Below, piece after piece: positions 9,299-19,286 of a stretch of 64,000 nt of DNA. This stretch comes from Oceanispirochaeta sp. (GTDB lineage Bacteria; Spirochaetota; Spirochaetia; DSM-2461): positions 160,001 to 224,000 of the forward strand of contig CAXXOA010000001.1 in NCBI GenBank assembly GCA_963666275.2. Reading direction: 5' to 3'. The stretch's first letter is position 1. Each line of letters starts with the position of its first letter. Below the pieces are notes generated by a model. The model ran no database searches. It was not told where the DNA came from and saw only the letters and a list, made by a program, of their open reading frames with translations. The position numbers and the translations under genes were made by a program.

Positions 9299-10588
9299 AT
9301 GAAAAAGGTTTCTATCAGTCTGTTGGCAGTGCTGCTTATGTCATCTCTGATGCTTTTTGCAGGCGGTCAGAAAGAGGGCGGAGCCGGCGAAGAAGCTATT
9401 GACGGAAGCAATGTAGAAGTTCTGCACTGGTGGACCTCAGGCAGCGAAGCGGCTGCTTTGAATGTATTGAAAGAAGATCTTGAGAAAAAAGGAATCACCT
9501 GGACCGATTCTCCCGTAGCCGGAGGCGGTGGAGATCAGGCAATGACAGTTCTTCGTTCCAGAGCGACAGCAGGGAATCCTCCCGTCGCTGTTCAGATGCT
9601 GGGATTTGATATTATCGACTGGGCCGAGCTGGGGTTCCTGGCTGACCTGAATGATGTGGCTAAAGAAGAAAACTGGGATGCCGTTGTTCCTGACGCTCTC
9701 AAATTTTTCTCCAAATACAATGGTGTTTGGGTTGCCGCTCCTGTGAATGTTCACTCTACCAACTGGGTATGGGCCAACAAAGAGATCATGGACAGTCTGA
9801 ATATTTCCGAACCCAAAAACTGGGACGAATTTATGGCTGCCATGGAAAAAGTAAAAGCCGCCGGATACACAGCCCTGGCTCATGGCGGACAGGCCTGGCA
9901 GGACGGAACCATGTTCGACGGTGTTGTTGTTTCTACAGGCGGACCTGAATTCTACAAGAAAACCATGATTGATCTGGACGATGCGGCGCTTCGTTCCGAC
10001 ACAATGGTGGAAGTTTTCAGCAGAATGCGTCAGCTGAGATCCTTTGTGGATGACAACTTCAGCGGAAGGGACTGGAACCTGGCTTCTGCCATGGTTATCG
10101 AAGGAAAGGCCGCTTTCCAGATTATGGGTGACTGGGCAAAAGGCGAGTTTAAAAACGCCGGTCTGGAACCGGGAAAAGACTTCTATTTCTTCCGTGTCCC
10201 CGGATCACAGGGCACTGTTACTTTCAACTCCGACCAGTTTGTTATGTTCGATGTGGATCCTGCCTACCAGGATGCCCAGAAAGAGCTTGCAAAATCCATT
10301 ATGCAGCCCAGTTTTCAGATTGCCTTCAACCTGGTTAAGGGATCTGTTCCCGCCAGAACCGACATCTCTGATGCGGAGTTTGATGCGGCCGGTAAAAAAG
10401 GTATGAAAGACCTGGCTGAAGCCTCCAGAAACGGTACCCTTTTCGGTTCCATGGCTCACGGACACGCTGTCCCCGCCGGACTGAAACAGGCTATGTTTGA
10501 TGTCATTACCGCTCATTTCAATGATGAATCCTACAGCGACGAACAGGCCGCCCAGGATTTGGCAGATGCGGTTGCTGCTGCAAAATAA
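9299..10588 (+). CDS. CUT1 sugar ABC transporter substrate-binding protein (glucose/mannose GtsA-like)
   Basis: [36 protein letters not shown]; signal peptide; AGGAGG RBS. Confidence 0.9.
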   Translation: MKKVSISLLAVLLMSSLMLFAGGQKEGGAGEEAIDGSNVEVLHWWTSGSEAAALNVLKEDLEKKGITWTDSPVAGGGGDQAMTVLRSRATAGNPPVAVQMLGFDIIDWAELGFLADLNDVAKEENWDAVVPDALKFFSKYNGVWVAAPVNVHSTNWVWANKEIMDSLNISEPKNWDEFMAAMEKVKAAGYTALAHGGQAWQDGTMFDGVVVSTGGPEFYKKTMIDLDDAALRSDTMVEVFSRMRQLRSFVDDNFSGRDWNLASAMVIEGKAAFQIMGDWAKGEFKNAGLEPGKDFYFFRVPGSQGTVTFNSDQFVMFDVDPAYQDAQKELAKSIMQPSFQIAFNLVKGSVPARTDISDAEFDAAGKKGMKDLAEASRNGTLFGSMAHGHAVPAGLKQAMFDVITAHFNDESYSDEQAAQDLADAVAAAK

Positions 10589-10612
10589 TAGTACTATAAT
10601 TTAATGAATCCC

Positions 10613-10650
10613 ACCGGCCGTTTTGAAGCTTCTTTTTTGAAACGGCCGGT
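10613..10650 (+). other. Intergenic stem-loop after the binding-protein gene (mRNA stabiliser or partial terminator)
   Basis: ACCGGCCGTTT (10613-10623) and AAACGGCCGGT (10640-10650) form an inverted repeat. Confidence 0.6.
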
Positions 10651-10680
10651 TCATCACTTTTAAAAAAAAGGAACAAAAAT

Positions 10681-11565
10681 ATGACACCACACAGCAAGTG
10701 GCGATTGACGAAGGATGATGTAACCGCCCGGTTCGTGCTGATGCCGACCCTTATTCTTACCTTTGTATTTGTTTATGCCTTCATCATTTTTACCATCTAT
10801 ATTTCATTTACCAACTCACGTTTAATGCCCTCTTACGACTGGGTAGGATTTCAGAATTATGTTAAAATGTTCAAACTTCCCCACTGGCATACAGCTCTGA
10901 AGAATTTTGCGATCTTCAGTGTTCTCTATATAACTATCTCCACCTTTCTGGGGCTTTTCCTGGCCATCCTGGTGGACTGGAGCAAACTGGGGGAACGGCT
11001 GTTCCGCCCTATCTACCTTTATCCCATGGCTATCTCCTTTATCGTTACCGGTACCGCATGGAAGTGGTTCCTGGATCCCGGAATCGGTCTGGAACAGATC
11101 ATGCATACCTGGGGTTTTACAAACTTTACATTCAACTGGATAAAAAGTGCCGATTATGCCATCTATACCATTGTGATCGCCGCGGTCTGGCAGGTGACCG
11201 GTTATGTGATGACCATGTTCCTGGCGGGGCTGAGGGCTGTCAATCATGCCACCATAGAGTCGGCGGTTGTCGACGGTGCGGGTATGTGGACACTTTACCG
11301 GAGGATTATCATCCCTCAGCTGGGGCCTTCTTTCACATCAGTCTTTGTTATTCTGGGGCATATGGCGATCAAGTCCTATGACCTTGTCATTGCATTGACC
11401 AACGGAGGGCCGGGCAGGGCGACAGAGCTGCCGTCAACATTCATGTACTCCTATACTTTTACACGAAATCAGATGGGTGTCGGAGCCGGTTCTGCAGTAT
11501 TTATGCTGGTACTCTTCGCCATCATTATCATTCCCTACATCAGAACCATAGTGAAGGATCAGTAA
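10681..11565 (+). CDS. Sugar ABC transporter permease
   Basis: Hydrophobic; EAA-loop variant IESAVVDGA; GGPGRATELP. Confidence 0.92.
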   Translation: MTPHSKWRLTKDDVTARFVLMPTLILTFVFVYAFIIFTIYISFTNSRLMPSYDWVGFQNYVKMFKLPHWHTALKNFAIFSVLYITISTFLGLFLAILVDWSKLGERLFRPIYLYPMAISFIVTGTAWKWFLDPGIGLEQIMHTWGFTNFTFNWIKSADYAIYTIVIAAVWQVTGYVMTMFLAGLRAVNHATIESAVVDGAGMWTLYRRIIIPQLGPSFTSVFVILGHMAIKSYDLVIALTNGGPGRATELPSTFMYSYTFTRNQMGVGAGSAVFMLVLFAIIIIPYIRTIVKDQ

Positions 11566-11567
11566 CG

Positions 11568-12440
11568 ATGACGATTAAAGATACAATGCGAATGAAAAAA
11601 CAGACAGGGTATGTGGTAACTGTGCTGATGGTACTGTTTGCCGTCTTTTTTCTGACTCCCCTGTATGTGATGGTTGTGAATTCCTTTAAACCTCTGGCAG
11701 AGATCCGCGGGGGCAATATGCTTGCCCTTCCCGAGGATTTTCAGATCATTCCCTGGCAGAAAGCCTGGTCGGAAGCTCAGATCGGTGTGCAGGCCACGGG
11801 TTTGAGACCCTATTTTTTCAACTCTATTAAAATGGTTATTCCCGCGGTTTTCTTCTCCACGCTGCTGGGGTCTCTCAGCGGATTTGTCCTGTCCAAATGG
11901 CATTATCCCGGGGATAAATTCCTTTTCGGCCTGATCCTCTTCGGATGTTTCATTCCCTTTCAGATCGTTCTGATACCCACCGCCCGTGTCCTGGGATCTC
12001 TGCATCTGGCAGGAACCACTTCGGGTCTTGTGCTGGTCCATACTGTCTACGGTCTGGGATTTACCACCCTGTTCTTCAAAAATACCTACGACAGTTTTCC
12101 CGCAGAGCTGGTTCAGTCCGCCCAGGTGGACGGGGCGCATTTTTTCAAGATTTTCATGGATATCATCCTGCCCAATTCCACTCCTATCATTGTGGTGTCG
12201 GTCATCTGGCAGACGACAAATATCTGGAATGACTTCCTCTTCGGTGTGTCCTTCGGAGATGCCGCCTCTCAGCCTATGACTGTGGCTCTGAACAACCTTG
12301 TCAGCTCCTCGACCGGTGTGAAGGAGTACAATGTTCACTTTGCCGGTGCTCTGATGGCTGCCCTCCCGACTCTGGCGATCTACCTGGTTTCGGGTAGGTA
12401 CTTTGTCAGGGGACTCATGTCTGGTTCTGTAAAAGGTTAA
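11568..12440 (+). CDS. Sugar ABC transporter permease
   Basis: ELVQSAQVDGA EAA loop; IWNDFLFG; FVRGLMSGSVKG. Confidence 0.92.
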   Translation: MTIKDTMRMKKQTGYVVTVLMVLFAVFFLTPLYVMVVNSFKPLAEIRGGNMLALPEDFQIIPWQKAWSEAQIGVQATGLRPYFFNSIKMVIPAVFFSTLLGSLSGFVLSKWHYPGDKFLFGLILFGCFIPFQIVLIPTARVLGSLHLAGTTSGLVLVHTVYGLGFTTLFFKNTYDSFPAELVQSAQVDGAHFFKIFMDIILPNSTPIIVVSVIWQTTNIWNDFLFGVSFGDAASQPMTVALNNLVSSSTGVKEYNVHFAGALMAALPTLAIYLVSGRYFVRGLMSGSVKG

Positions 12441-12452
12441 AAGGGGTTTCAA

Positions 12453-13415
12453 ATGGAAAAGCTTCTCTGCGGTGTCGACCTGGGAGGCACCAAACTGGCG
12501 GCCGCTCTCTTCTCTCAGGAGGGGAGTCTGGTCGCCAGTGAAATTGTCTACGATCATCATAAATCCACCAGTGATGAGATTCTCCTTGCGGTGGTGGATC
12601 TGCTGAATACTCTTCTCAGGAACAACTCCTGTACTCCCGGGGATCTACTGGGAATAGGTGTGGCTCTGGCGGGACATGTCAATTTTAAAGAAGGGAAAAT
12701 TATCACCACAAGCAACTTTCCCATAACCATACGGGATTTTCCTCTGGTGGATAAACTGAAAAGCCATTTTCCCGGCCTCAAAATTGTTATGGACAACGAT
12801 GCCAATGCCCAGGCCTACGGGGAGTTCAAATACGGTGCTGCCAGAGGGTATAACTCATCTGTTTTTGTCACGGTCAGTACAGGAATCGGCGGAGGCATTA
12901 TCCTGGACGGAAAAATGGTCCGGGGCCGCAGCGGTACCGCCGGAGAAGTGGGGCACTCCATCATTGACTACAACTCGGATATAAAGTGCACCTGCGGTAA
13001 CTACGGCTGTTCCATGGCCCTGGCGTCGGGGCTTTTTTTTCCCAGCCTCTACAGAATGCATCTCCGCAAGGGGATGAAAAGTACCATTGGAGTCACCGAA
13101 GAGAGCGCCGCCGGCATGGACGGCAAAAAGATTGAAGACGGAATGAAAGCGGGAGATCCTATCTGCCGGAAAATCGTGGAAGATTCCGCCACAGCCGTGG
13201 GAGTCTCTCTCTTTAATATCCATCAGATGCTCAATCCCGAACTGGTTGTTCTGGGGGGAGGGCTCATGGCCTTCGGTGAAGAGTACTTCCAAAGCATCCG
13301 CCGGGAATTCCTCTCTCATACCCATGAAATGATGATTCAGGAGATGGAGATCAAGCTGGCCGAGACGGGGGCGAATGCGGGGCTTCTGGGAGCGGCGGCG
13401 CTGCTTCTGGAATAG
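12453..13415 (+). CDS. ROK-family sugar kinase
   Basis: GVDLGGTK, NDANAQAYGE, STGIGGG, AGEVGH, CTCGNYGC; no HTH. Confidence 0.9.
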   Translation: MEKLLCGVDLGGTKLAAALFSQEGSLVASEIVYDHHKSTSDEILLAVVDLLNTLLRNNSCTPGDLLGIGVALAGHVNFKEGKIITTSNFPITIRDFPLVDKLKSHFPGLKIVMDNDANAQAYGEFKYGAARGYNSSVFVTVSTGIGGGIILDGKMVRGRSGTAGEVGHSIIDYNSDIKCTCGNYGCSMALASGLFFPSLYRMHLRKGMKSTIGVTEESAAGMDGKKIEDGMKAGDPICRKIVEDSATAVGVSLFNIHQMLNPELVVLGGGLMAFGEEYFQSIRREFLSHTHEMMIQEMEIKLAETGANAGLLGAAALLLE

Positions 13416-13418
13416 GCT

Positions 13419-14375
13419 TTACAGTAATTCTGCAGGATTTCCTGTCATTTCGAGCCCTGCCTGTCTGCCCTGTCCCTGAAACAGGACCTTTCCGGCAGGG
13501 TCTTTCATAATCACCGACACGGGGGTATCCACCCTCTCTCGGATTGTACGGGCCATATCTCCCTGAACGGGAGCCTGCAGGGTCCCGCCTGATCCATCCA
13601 GATCTGCTTTGACCTCGATGGCAAAATCCTTGGCCCTGATGTTCAGACTCAGTTCCTTCCTGTTCAGGTTTTCAAGGATCACCCGGCTTTTGAGATAGCT
13701 GGCAAAGCGGTGATACCTTCCCCCTGTGTAGAGAAAGCCCAGATGTCCTGTAAACTCTCTCCCCAACCAGGGAACCCGGGCCACCGAGAGCATAAAACTC
13801 GTTCCTGCTTCCTCAAACAGATTGCAGTGGATCCATATCCACGAGGAGGGCATGGAGTGACCCCAGTCCTTTTCAACGTATCCTCTTCCCTTGTCTAGGA
13901 GATACCTGGTTCCGTTCCAGCAAATCTCACCGTCCACTCTGTGGTCGGCTGAAACCACCCCATGATAGCACTCCAGAAAAGGGGCGTATCTATAGGGGCC
14001 CATGATCCCGGGTGACCCGAGTGTCACAGGAAAGGGAACTGTCCCTGTAAAAATGAGCTCCCCCGACAGAGTGTGGCTGTCCCGGGTTTCTCTGAGTTCT
14101 ATTCCCCTGCTGCTAAACCGGTTTGCTCCCAGAGAAATATCGAATTCTTTTTTACTGTATCCGAAGTCACGGGTTGCGAAACGGATGTAGGCTGTTTTAT
14201 GCTCTGCGCTGTCAATGATCTGAATAAATCCATGGGAGTCCTTTCCCAGTGACACTCCCGGTATCAGAGCCAGAGTCTGTCCTGACTGGGGATTGGTGGA
14301 TTTTATATACCAGCCTTCAAAGTAGGAGCTTTTTTTAAGCGATCCCTGGAAGGCGGAGGGAGTCAGAAAACCCAT
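13419..14375 (-). CDS. Tocopherol cyclase-family protein
   Basis: YFEGWY, GIMGPY, ECYHGVVS, GYVEKDWGHSMP. Confidence 0.8.
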   Translation of the reverse strand: MGFLTPSAFQGSLKKSSYFEGWYIKSTNPQSGQTLALIPGVSLGKDSHGFIQIIDSAEHKTAYIRFATRDFGYSKKEFDISLGANRFSSRGIELRETRDSHTLSGELIFTGTVPFPVTLGSPGIMGPYRYAPFLECYHGVVSADHRVDGEICWNGTRYLLDKGRGYVEKDWGHSMPSSWIWIHCNLFEEAGTSFMLSVARVPWLGREFTGHLGFLYTGGRYHRFASYLKSRVILENLNRKELSLNIRAKDFAIEVKADLDGSGGTLQAPVQGDMARTIRERVDTPVSVIMKDPAGKVLFQGQGRQAGLEMTGNPAELL

Positions 14376-14401
14376 TCAGATCTCTCCTGTTTATTTTCCG
14401 G

Positions 14402-15433
14402 TCAGAGACTGGTCAGATCCATGATACTTTCTCTGATTATCAGTTTACCCCCGAAGACGACTTTTGCGGGAGGGGCTTCCGGATCTACCAGAATTCTATC
14501 CATAAGCAGCTGTATGGCCATACGGCCCATTCTATTTTTACACACATCTATGGTTGTGAGGCCCGGCGTCGACATGGATGCGATAGGCAGGTTGTCGAAT
14601 CCCGCCAGAGATACATCTTCGGGGACTCTTATTCCCGCCTCGTTAAAGGCTTTCATACAGCCGCTGGCAATGATGTCATTGGCGCAGAACAGGGCCCGGG
14701 GAAGCTTTTTTCCCTTTTGAATGAAAAGCCTCATATCGTCACAGGCTCCGTTAAAGGTAGAGTCCACTTCGATAATCCGGGACGGTTTGAACTCCAGCCC
14801 ATGGCGGCCCAGCCCTTCTCTGAAGGCTTTTTCTCTGAGCTTGAAGTTGGGGGTCGGCTGGGTACTGCTTATCATGCCGATTTCCCTGTGACCCAATTCG
14901 ATGAAGTGGAGGAGAATCTGGTTCACCGAATCCTCATTGTTCATGTCGATAAAGTCGAAACGCAGTTCCTGATAGAAACTGTCCAGAAAGACAATCGGTT
15001 TCTCCAGGCCCGCAAAAGCCTGAATGTCCTGAAAGCTGAGTTCGGTTCCAAGGATAACAAAACCGGTGTCCTCACTTGAACGGATGGTATGGGCAATCTC
15101 CTCGATGGGAGTTGTTTTATAGGTCATGATCTTCAGGCTCATATTTTTGGATTTAGCTTCCTGACTCATACCCCGTATATAGTCGGCAATGAAGACATCG
15201 TGGTCTCGGTTGAGAGTATGTCCATGCCGGGTTATCTGAAGGAAGCTGATGGATCCGATAGAATCCTGTCCCGGCTGTTTTGTCGAGGGGCCTTCGTATG
15301 CCAGGTCTTCGATGAGGGTGAGTATCCTCTCTCTTGTCTTCTTTCCCACACCGGGCTTGTTATTTATGACGAGAGATACCGTTGCAGGAGACACTCCTGC
15401 TTTTGCAGCGATATCTTTTATGGTTACGCTCAT
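14402..15433 (-). CDS. LacI-family transcriptional regulator
   Basis: TIKDIAAKAGVSPATVSLVIN HTH; VPEDVSLAGFDN. Confidence 0.93.
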   Translation of the reverse strand: MSVTIKDIAAKAGVSPATVSLVINNKPGVGKKTRERILTLIEDLAYEGPSTKQPGQDSIGSISFLQITRHGHTLNRDHDVFIADYIRGMSQEAKSKNMSLKIMTYKTTPIEEIAHTIRSSEDTGFVILGTELSFQDIQAFAGLEKPIVFLDSFYQELRFDFIDMNNEDSVNQILLHFIELGHREIGMISSTQPTPNFKLREKAFREGLGRHGLEFKPSRIIEVDSTFNGACDDMRLFIQKGKKLPRALFCANDIIASGCMKAFNEAGIRVPEDVSLAGFDNLPIASMSTPGLTTIDVCKNRMGRMAIQLLMDRILVDPEAPPAKVVFGGKLIIRESIMDLTSL

Positions 15434-15485
15434 GATGTTTCCTTGATTACTACTGTATCTTTCTTTTTCAAGTATGACAAGAAAA

Positions 15486-15627
15486 ACTAAACATTACTAA
15501 AATAAACTAAATAATAAACGGATTTTATCTGATTTAAAATAGGTTATTTCGCGCTAACCCTACATGTATGGTGAAATTTACTAAAAAATACTAAATAAAT
15601 TGACAGCTGTTCAATCGATGTTACAAT
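15486..15627 (+). promoter_or_regulatory. 10-bp-phased ACTAAA repeats and sigma70 promoter of the ABC operon
   Basis: ACTAAA at 15486, 15496, 15506, 15580 and 15590; TTGACA 15600-15605; TG-n-TACAAT 15619-15627. Confidence 0.6.
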
Positions 15628-15659
15628 AAAATTAATCACCACAAAAAAAGGAGTTTCTT

Positions 15660-16685
15660 ATGGATTGGAAAAAAAGTGTTGTGCTGTTCCTGGTCCTGAC
15701 AATGGCGTTTTCAGCTGTCTTCGCAGGTGGACAGTCTGAACCGGCCGGACCCAAACCTGAATCGGAATGGAAGATCGCTCTGGTTCCCAAGGACAGTACG
15801 AATGCCTGGTTTGTACGGATGGAAGTGGGAGTGAAAGAGTTTGCCGCAGATACCGGGCTGAATGCTTTTCAGAAGGGCCCGGCTAAAACTGATGCGGCTA
15901 TGCAGGTTCAGGTTATACAGGATCTGATCGCCCAGGGCGTGGATGCTCTGTGTGTTGTCCCTGTTGATCCGGCAGCACTGGAACCGGTTCTGGCTGAAGC
16001 CCTGGATAAAGGGATTGTGGTTGTGACCCACGAAGCCTCTTTTCAGGAAAATACCATGTACGACATAGAAGCATTCAACAATGCCGACTATGGCGCCTTC
16101 ATTATGGATAACCTGGCTAAGGCCATGGGAGAAGACGGTGTGTATACCACTATGGTAGGACATGTTACCAATGCGTCCCATAACGAGTGGGCCGACGGGG
16201 GCGTTGCTCATCAGCAGACTGCCTATCCCAATATGACACTTCTGGCGGAGGAACCCCGGGTTGAGTCGGAAGACAATATGGAAAGGGCTTACGAAAAAGC
16301 AAAAGAGCTTTTCAAAAAGTATCCCAACCTGAAAGGAATCATGGGGACCTCTTCCAAGGATGCTCCCGGTGTTTCCCGGGCCATAGAAGAGCTGGGTCTC
16401 AAAGATAAGGTCTTTGTTGCAGGAACCGGTCTTGTTTCAGAATGCGGTCCCTTCCTGGAAAGCGGAATCCTTCAGTATATAACTCTCTGGGATCCGAAAG
16501 ATGCCGGCTATGCCATGTGTTCTCTGGCCACCAAAATACTGCGGGGTGAAGAGATCGGTAACGGACTGGATCTGGGACTTCCCGGATACGACAATATGCA
16601 GTTTGCCCCGGGATCGGATAAAGTGCTGATCGGATCCGGTTGGATTGTCATGAATAAGGACAATATGCTCGACTATAACTTCTGA
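15660..16685 (+). CDS. CUT2 sugar ABC substrate-binding protein (LsrB/RhaS-like)
   Basis: Signal peptide; GPAKTDAAMQVQVIQDLIAQGVDAL; WDPKDAGY. Confidence 0.88.
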   Translation: MDWKKSVVLFLVLTMAFSAVFAGGQSEPAGPKPESEWKIALVPKDSTNAWFVRMEVGVKEFAADTGLNAFQKGPAKTDAAMQVQVIQDLIAQGVDALCVVPVDPAALEPVLAEALDKGIVVVTHEASFQENTMYDIEAFNNADYGAFIMDNLAKAMGEDGVYTTMVGHVTNASHNEWADGGVAHQQTAYPNMTLLAEEPRVESEDNMERAYEKAKELFKKYPNLKGIMGTSSKDAPGVSRAIEELGLKDKVFVAGTGLVSECGPFLESGILQYITLWDPKDAGYAMCSLATKILRGEEIGNGLDLGLPGYDNMQFAPGSDKVLIGSGWIVMNKDNMLDYNF

Positions 16686-16703
16686 TTATTGCAGACATCA
16701 TCG

Positions 16704-16733
16704 ACTGCCTCTCTCCGGAGAGGCGGTTTTTTT
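16704..16733 (+). terminator. Hairpin plus T-tract after the binding-protein gene
   Basis: ACTGCCTCTC-TCCG-GAGAGGCGGT followed by a T run. Confidence 0.6.
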
Positions 16734-16749
16734 AAAAAGGAAGGTCTCT

Positions 16750-18258
16750 ATGTCTGACTATATTCTGCAGGTCGAAAATATCAAAAAATCTTTTGGGGGG
16801 GTAAAAGCCCTGAAAGGTGTCTCTCTGGCAATCAGAAAGGGAGAAATCCACTCTCTTGCCGGTGAGAACGGCTGCGGGAAATCTACGCTGATTAAGATTA
16901 TTTCCGGCTTTTACGAAGCCGATGAAGGCCTCATCAATCTTGATGGGAAAGAATTTAAAAAGATTCATCCTATGGATGCTATTCACAGGGGTGTTCAGGT
17001 TATCTATCAGGACTTTTCGGTATTCCCGAATTTAACAGTTATGGAAAATCTGGCGTTCAATATGGAACTGATGAACCGCCATAAAATTGTCAATTATAAA
17101 AGGATGAGGGAGATCGCGGAGACAGCCGTTTCCCGGATCAACTTCAACATAGATCTGGATGAAAGGGTAGAGAATCTGCCTGTTGCGGATAAGCAGCTCA
17201 TCGCTATCAGCAGGGCTCTTCTGTATGACGCCAGGCTGATTATCATGGATGAGCCGACAACGGCCCTTACGAAAAAAGAGGTGAAATCTCTTTTCGGAGT
17301 CATAAAGAATCTTCAGCAGCAGGGCATTGCCATACTGTTTGTTTCCCATAAACTGGATGAGGTCTTTGAGATCTCCGAAGGGTTTACAATTCTGAGAAAC
17401 GGAGAAAATGTTGTAACAGGACGAACCTCCGAGCTGGATAACAGAAAATTTGCCTATTATATGACCGGACGGGAGTTTAAGGAGGAATCCTTTCATGCGG
17501 CTTCAGCGGGGAAGGATCCTCTTCTGGAGGCAAAGAATCTTTCCCTTTCGGGGGCTTATGAAAATATAAGTTTTGCCCTCAGACCGGGAGAGATCCTGGG
17601 GATTACAGGCCTCCTCGGTTCAGGGCGAACCGAGCTGGTTCAGACCCTCTTCGGAATGAAATTTCCCGATTCGGGAGTGCTTCTCGTTGAGGGGCGGGAG
17701 AAAGAACTCTCCTGTGTGAAAGACGCCGTAGACAGCGGGATCGGATACGTTCCGGAAGACCGTCTTACGGAAGGTCTCTTTCTCCCCCAGTCTATTACCT
17801 TGAATACAATCGTCGCCAAAATTGACAAACTCACTGGAAAATCCGGTTTCCTCCAGACGGAAAAAATCGATTCAGAGGTTTCCCGCTGGATTAAAGAACT
17901 TGCTGTGGCTGCCAGTGATGCGGACCAGCCTGTACAGACCCTGTCCGGGGGTAATCAGCAGAAAATCGTGCTGGCCCGATGGCTGGCAAATGATCTGAAG
18001 GTTCTGATCCTCAACGGGCCCACAGTGGGAGTGGATATCGGGTCTAAATATGATATTCATGCTCTGTTGAGAAATCTGGCGGAACAGGGCATGGGCCTTA
18101 TCGTCATCTCCGATGATCTGCCGGAGATCCTGTCCACCTGCAGCCGGGTCCTGGTCATGCGGGACGGACAGGCCGTCGGGGAGCTGGATCCGGGGGTGGC
18201 CACGGAAGAGGACCTGAACCGAGTCATAACCGGAGATCTTCAGGGGGCCGTGAAATGA
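16750..18258 (+). CDS. Sugar ABC transporter ATP-binding protein (two NBDs)
   Basis: GENGCGKST, DEPT, LSGGNQQK. Confidence 0.95.
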   Translation: MSDYILQVENIKKSFGGVKALKGVSLAIRKGEIHSLAGENGCGKSTLIKIISGFYEADEGLINLDGKEFKKIHPMDAIHRGVQVIYQDFSVFPNLTVMENLAFNMELMNRHKIVNYKRMREIAETAVSRINFNIDLDERVENLPVADKQLIAISRALLYDARLIIMDEPTTALTKKEVKSLFGVIKNLQQQGIAILFVSHKLDEVFEISEGFTILRNGENVVTGRTSELDNRKFAYYMTGREFKEESFHAASAGKDPLLEAKNLSLSGAYENISFALRPGEILGITGLLGSGRTELVQTLFGMKFPDSGVLLVEGREKELSCVKDAVDSGIGYVPEDRLTEGLFLPQSITLNTIVAKIDKLTGKSGFLQTEKIDSEVSRWIKELAVAASDADQPVQTLSGGNQQKIVLARWLANDLKVLILNGPTVGVDIGSKYDIHALLRNLAEQGMGLIVISDDLPEILSTCSRVLVMRDGQAVGELDPGVATEEDLNRVITGDLQGAVK

Positions 18259-19286
18259 ATATTAGTATAAAAAAAATGAGAAAAAGCACTGAACCCTATG
18301 TGCTGGCCGCCATCATACTGCTGAGTTTTCTCATACAGTTCCGGAGCGGGCAGTTTTTTACAGGGAATAACCTGGTAGATCTCAGCCGGTCGATCATTGT
18401 CCCCGCCCTTTTTGCCATCGGGGCGCAGATTGTCATTGTCTCCGGGGGGATCGATGTGTCCTTTCCGGCTATAGCCTCCCTGTCCATGTATATTACCACC
18501 CGGGTTCTTCTGAATGTCGATTATGCCGGTCCTGTGGTTCTCCCCTATCTGATGGGAGCCGTTTTCGGCGTGATTATGGGCCTTTTCAACGGATTCCTGA
18601 TCGGGTTTTTCCGCTTTCCCACCCTGGTCGTGACTCTGGGAACATCCAGCCTTTATATCGGCATTATGCAGGGGGTCCTGGCAGCACACGAACTGCCTGT
18701 CCCTCCGGCCATGTTTGAACATGGCAAGGCCAGGCTCTTTTCGGCCTACAACGCCGGCCTGGGGCTGAGCTCGGATATGCCTGTGACAATATTCATTCTG
18801 ATCTTTTTCCTGGCCCTTACCTTTTTCCTGCTGAAGTTCACCATGCTGGGCCGGGGGATCTATGCTCTGGGAGGAGATGAAGTTTCTGCTCAGAGAGCGG
18901 GATTCAATATCCTGGGAATCAAACTGTTTATCTACTCCTATGTGGGGCTGATTGCCGGGATCGCCGGAATCGCCCGGGCTTGTATGATGAGAAACTGTCA
19001 TCCCACAAACCTTCTGGGAATTGAAATGATTGTGATTGCCGCGGTTGTCCTGGGGGGAACCCGGGTCACAGGGGGGCTGGGAACTCTGACAGGGACCATG
19101 CTGGGGATGGCTCTGATGACGATTATGTCCAACAGTCTGATTCTGCTGGGGATCTCCACATACTGGCAGAAAGTCTTTACCGGTATGATCATTCTCATCG
19201 GGACCGGGGTTTCGGCCTCCCAGGTTATGACTTCAAAGAAAAAGAAGAAGTCCCATAAACCGGAACGCAAGGAGGCTCTGTCGTGA
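18255..19286 (+). CDS. Sugar ABC transporter permease (RbsC family)
   Basis: SGGIDVSF, GRGIYALGGD, AAVVLGG. Confidence 0.92.
   Translation: MNISIKKMRKSTEPYVLAAIILLSFLIQFRSGQFFTGNNLVDLSRSIIVPALFAIGAQIVIVSGGIDVSFPAIASLSMYITTRVLLNVDYAGPVVLPYLMGAVFGVIMGLFNGFLIGFFRFPTLVVTLGTSSLYIGIMQGVLAAHELPVPPAMFEHGKARLFSAYNAGLGLSSDMPVTIFILIFFLALTFFLLKFTMLGRGIYALGGDEVSAQRAGFNILGIKLFIYSYVGLIAGIAGIARACMMRNCHPTNLLGIEMIVIAAVVLGGTRVTGGLGTLTGTMLGMALMTIMSNSLILLGISTYWQKVFTGMIILIGTGVSASQVMTSKKKKKSHKPERKEALS

Noticed and set aside
13419..14375. Tocopherol biosynthesis
   Set aside because: Only the cyclase-like fold is present, with no HPPD, prenyltransferase or methyltransferase nearby
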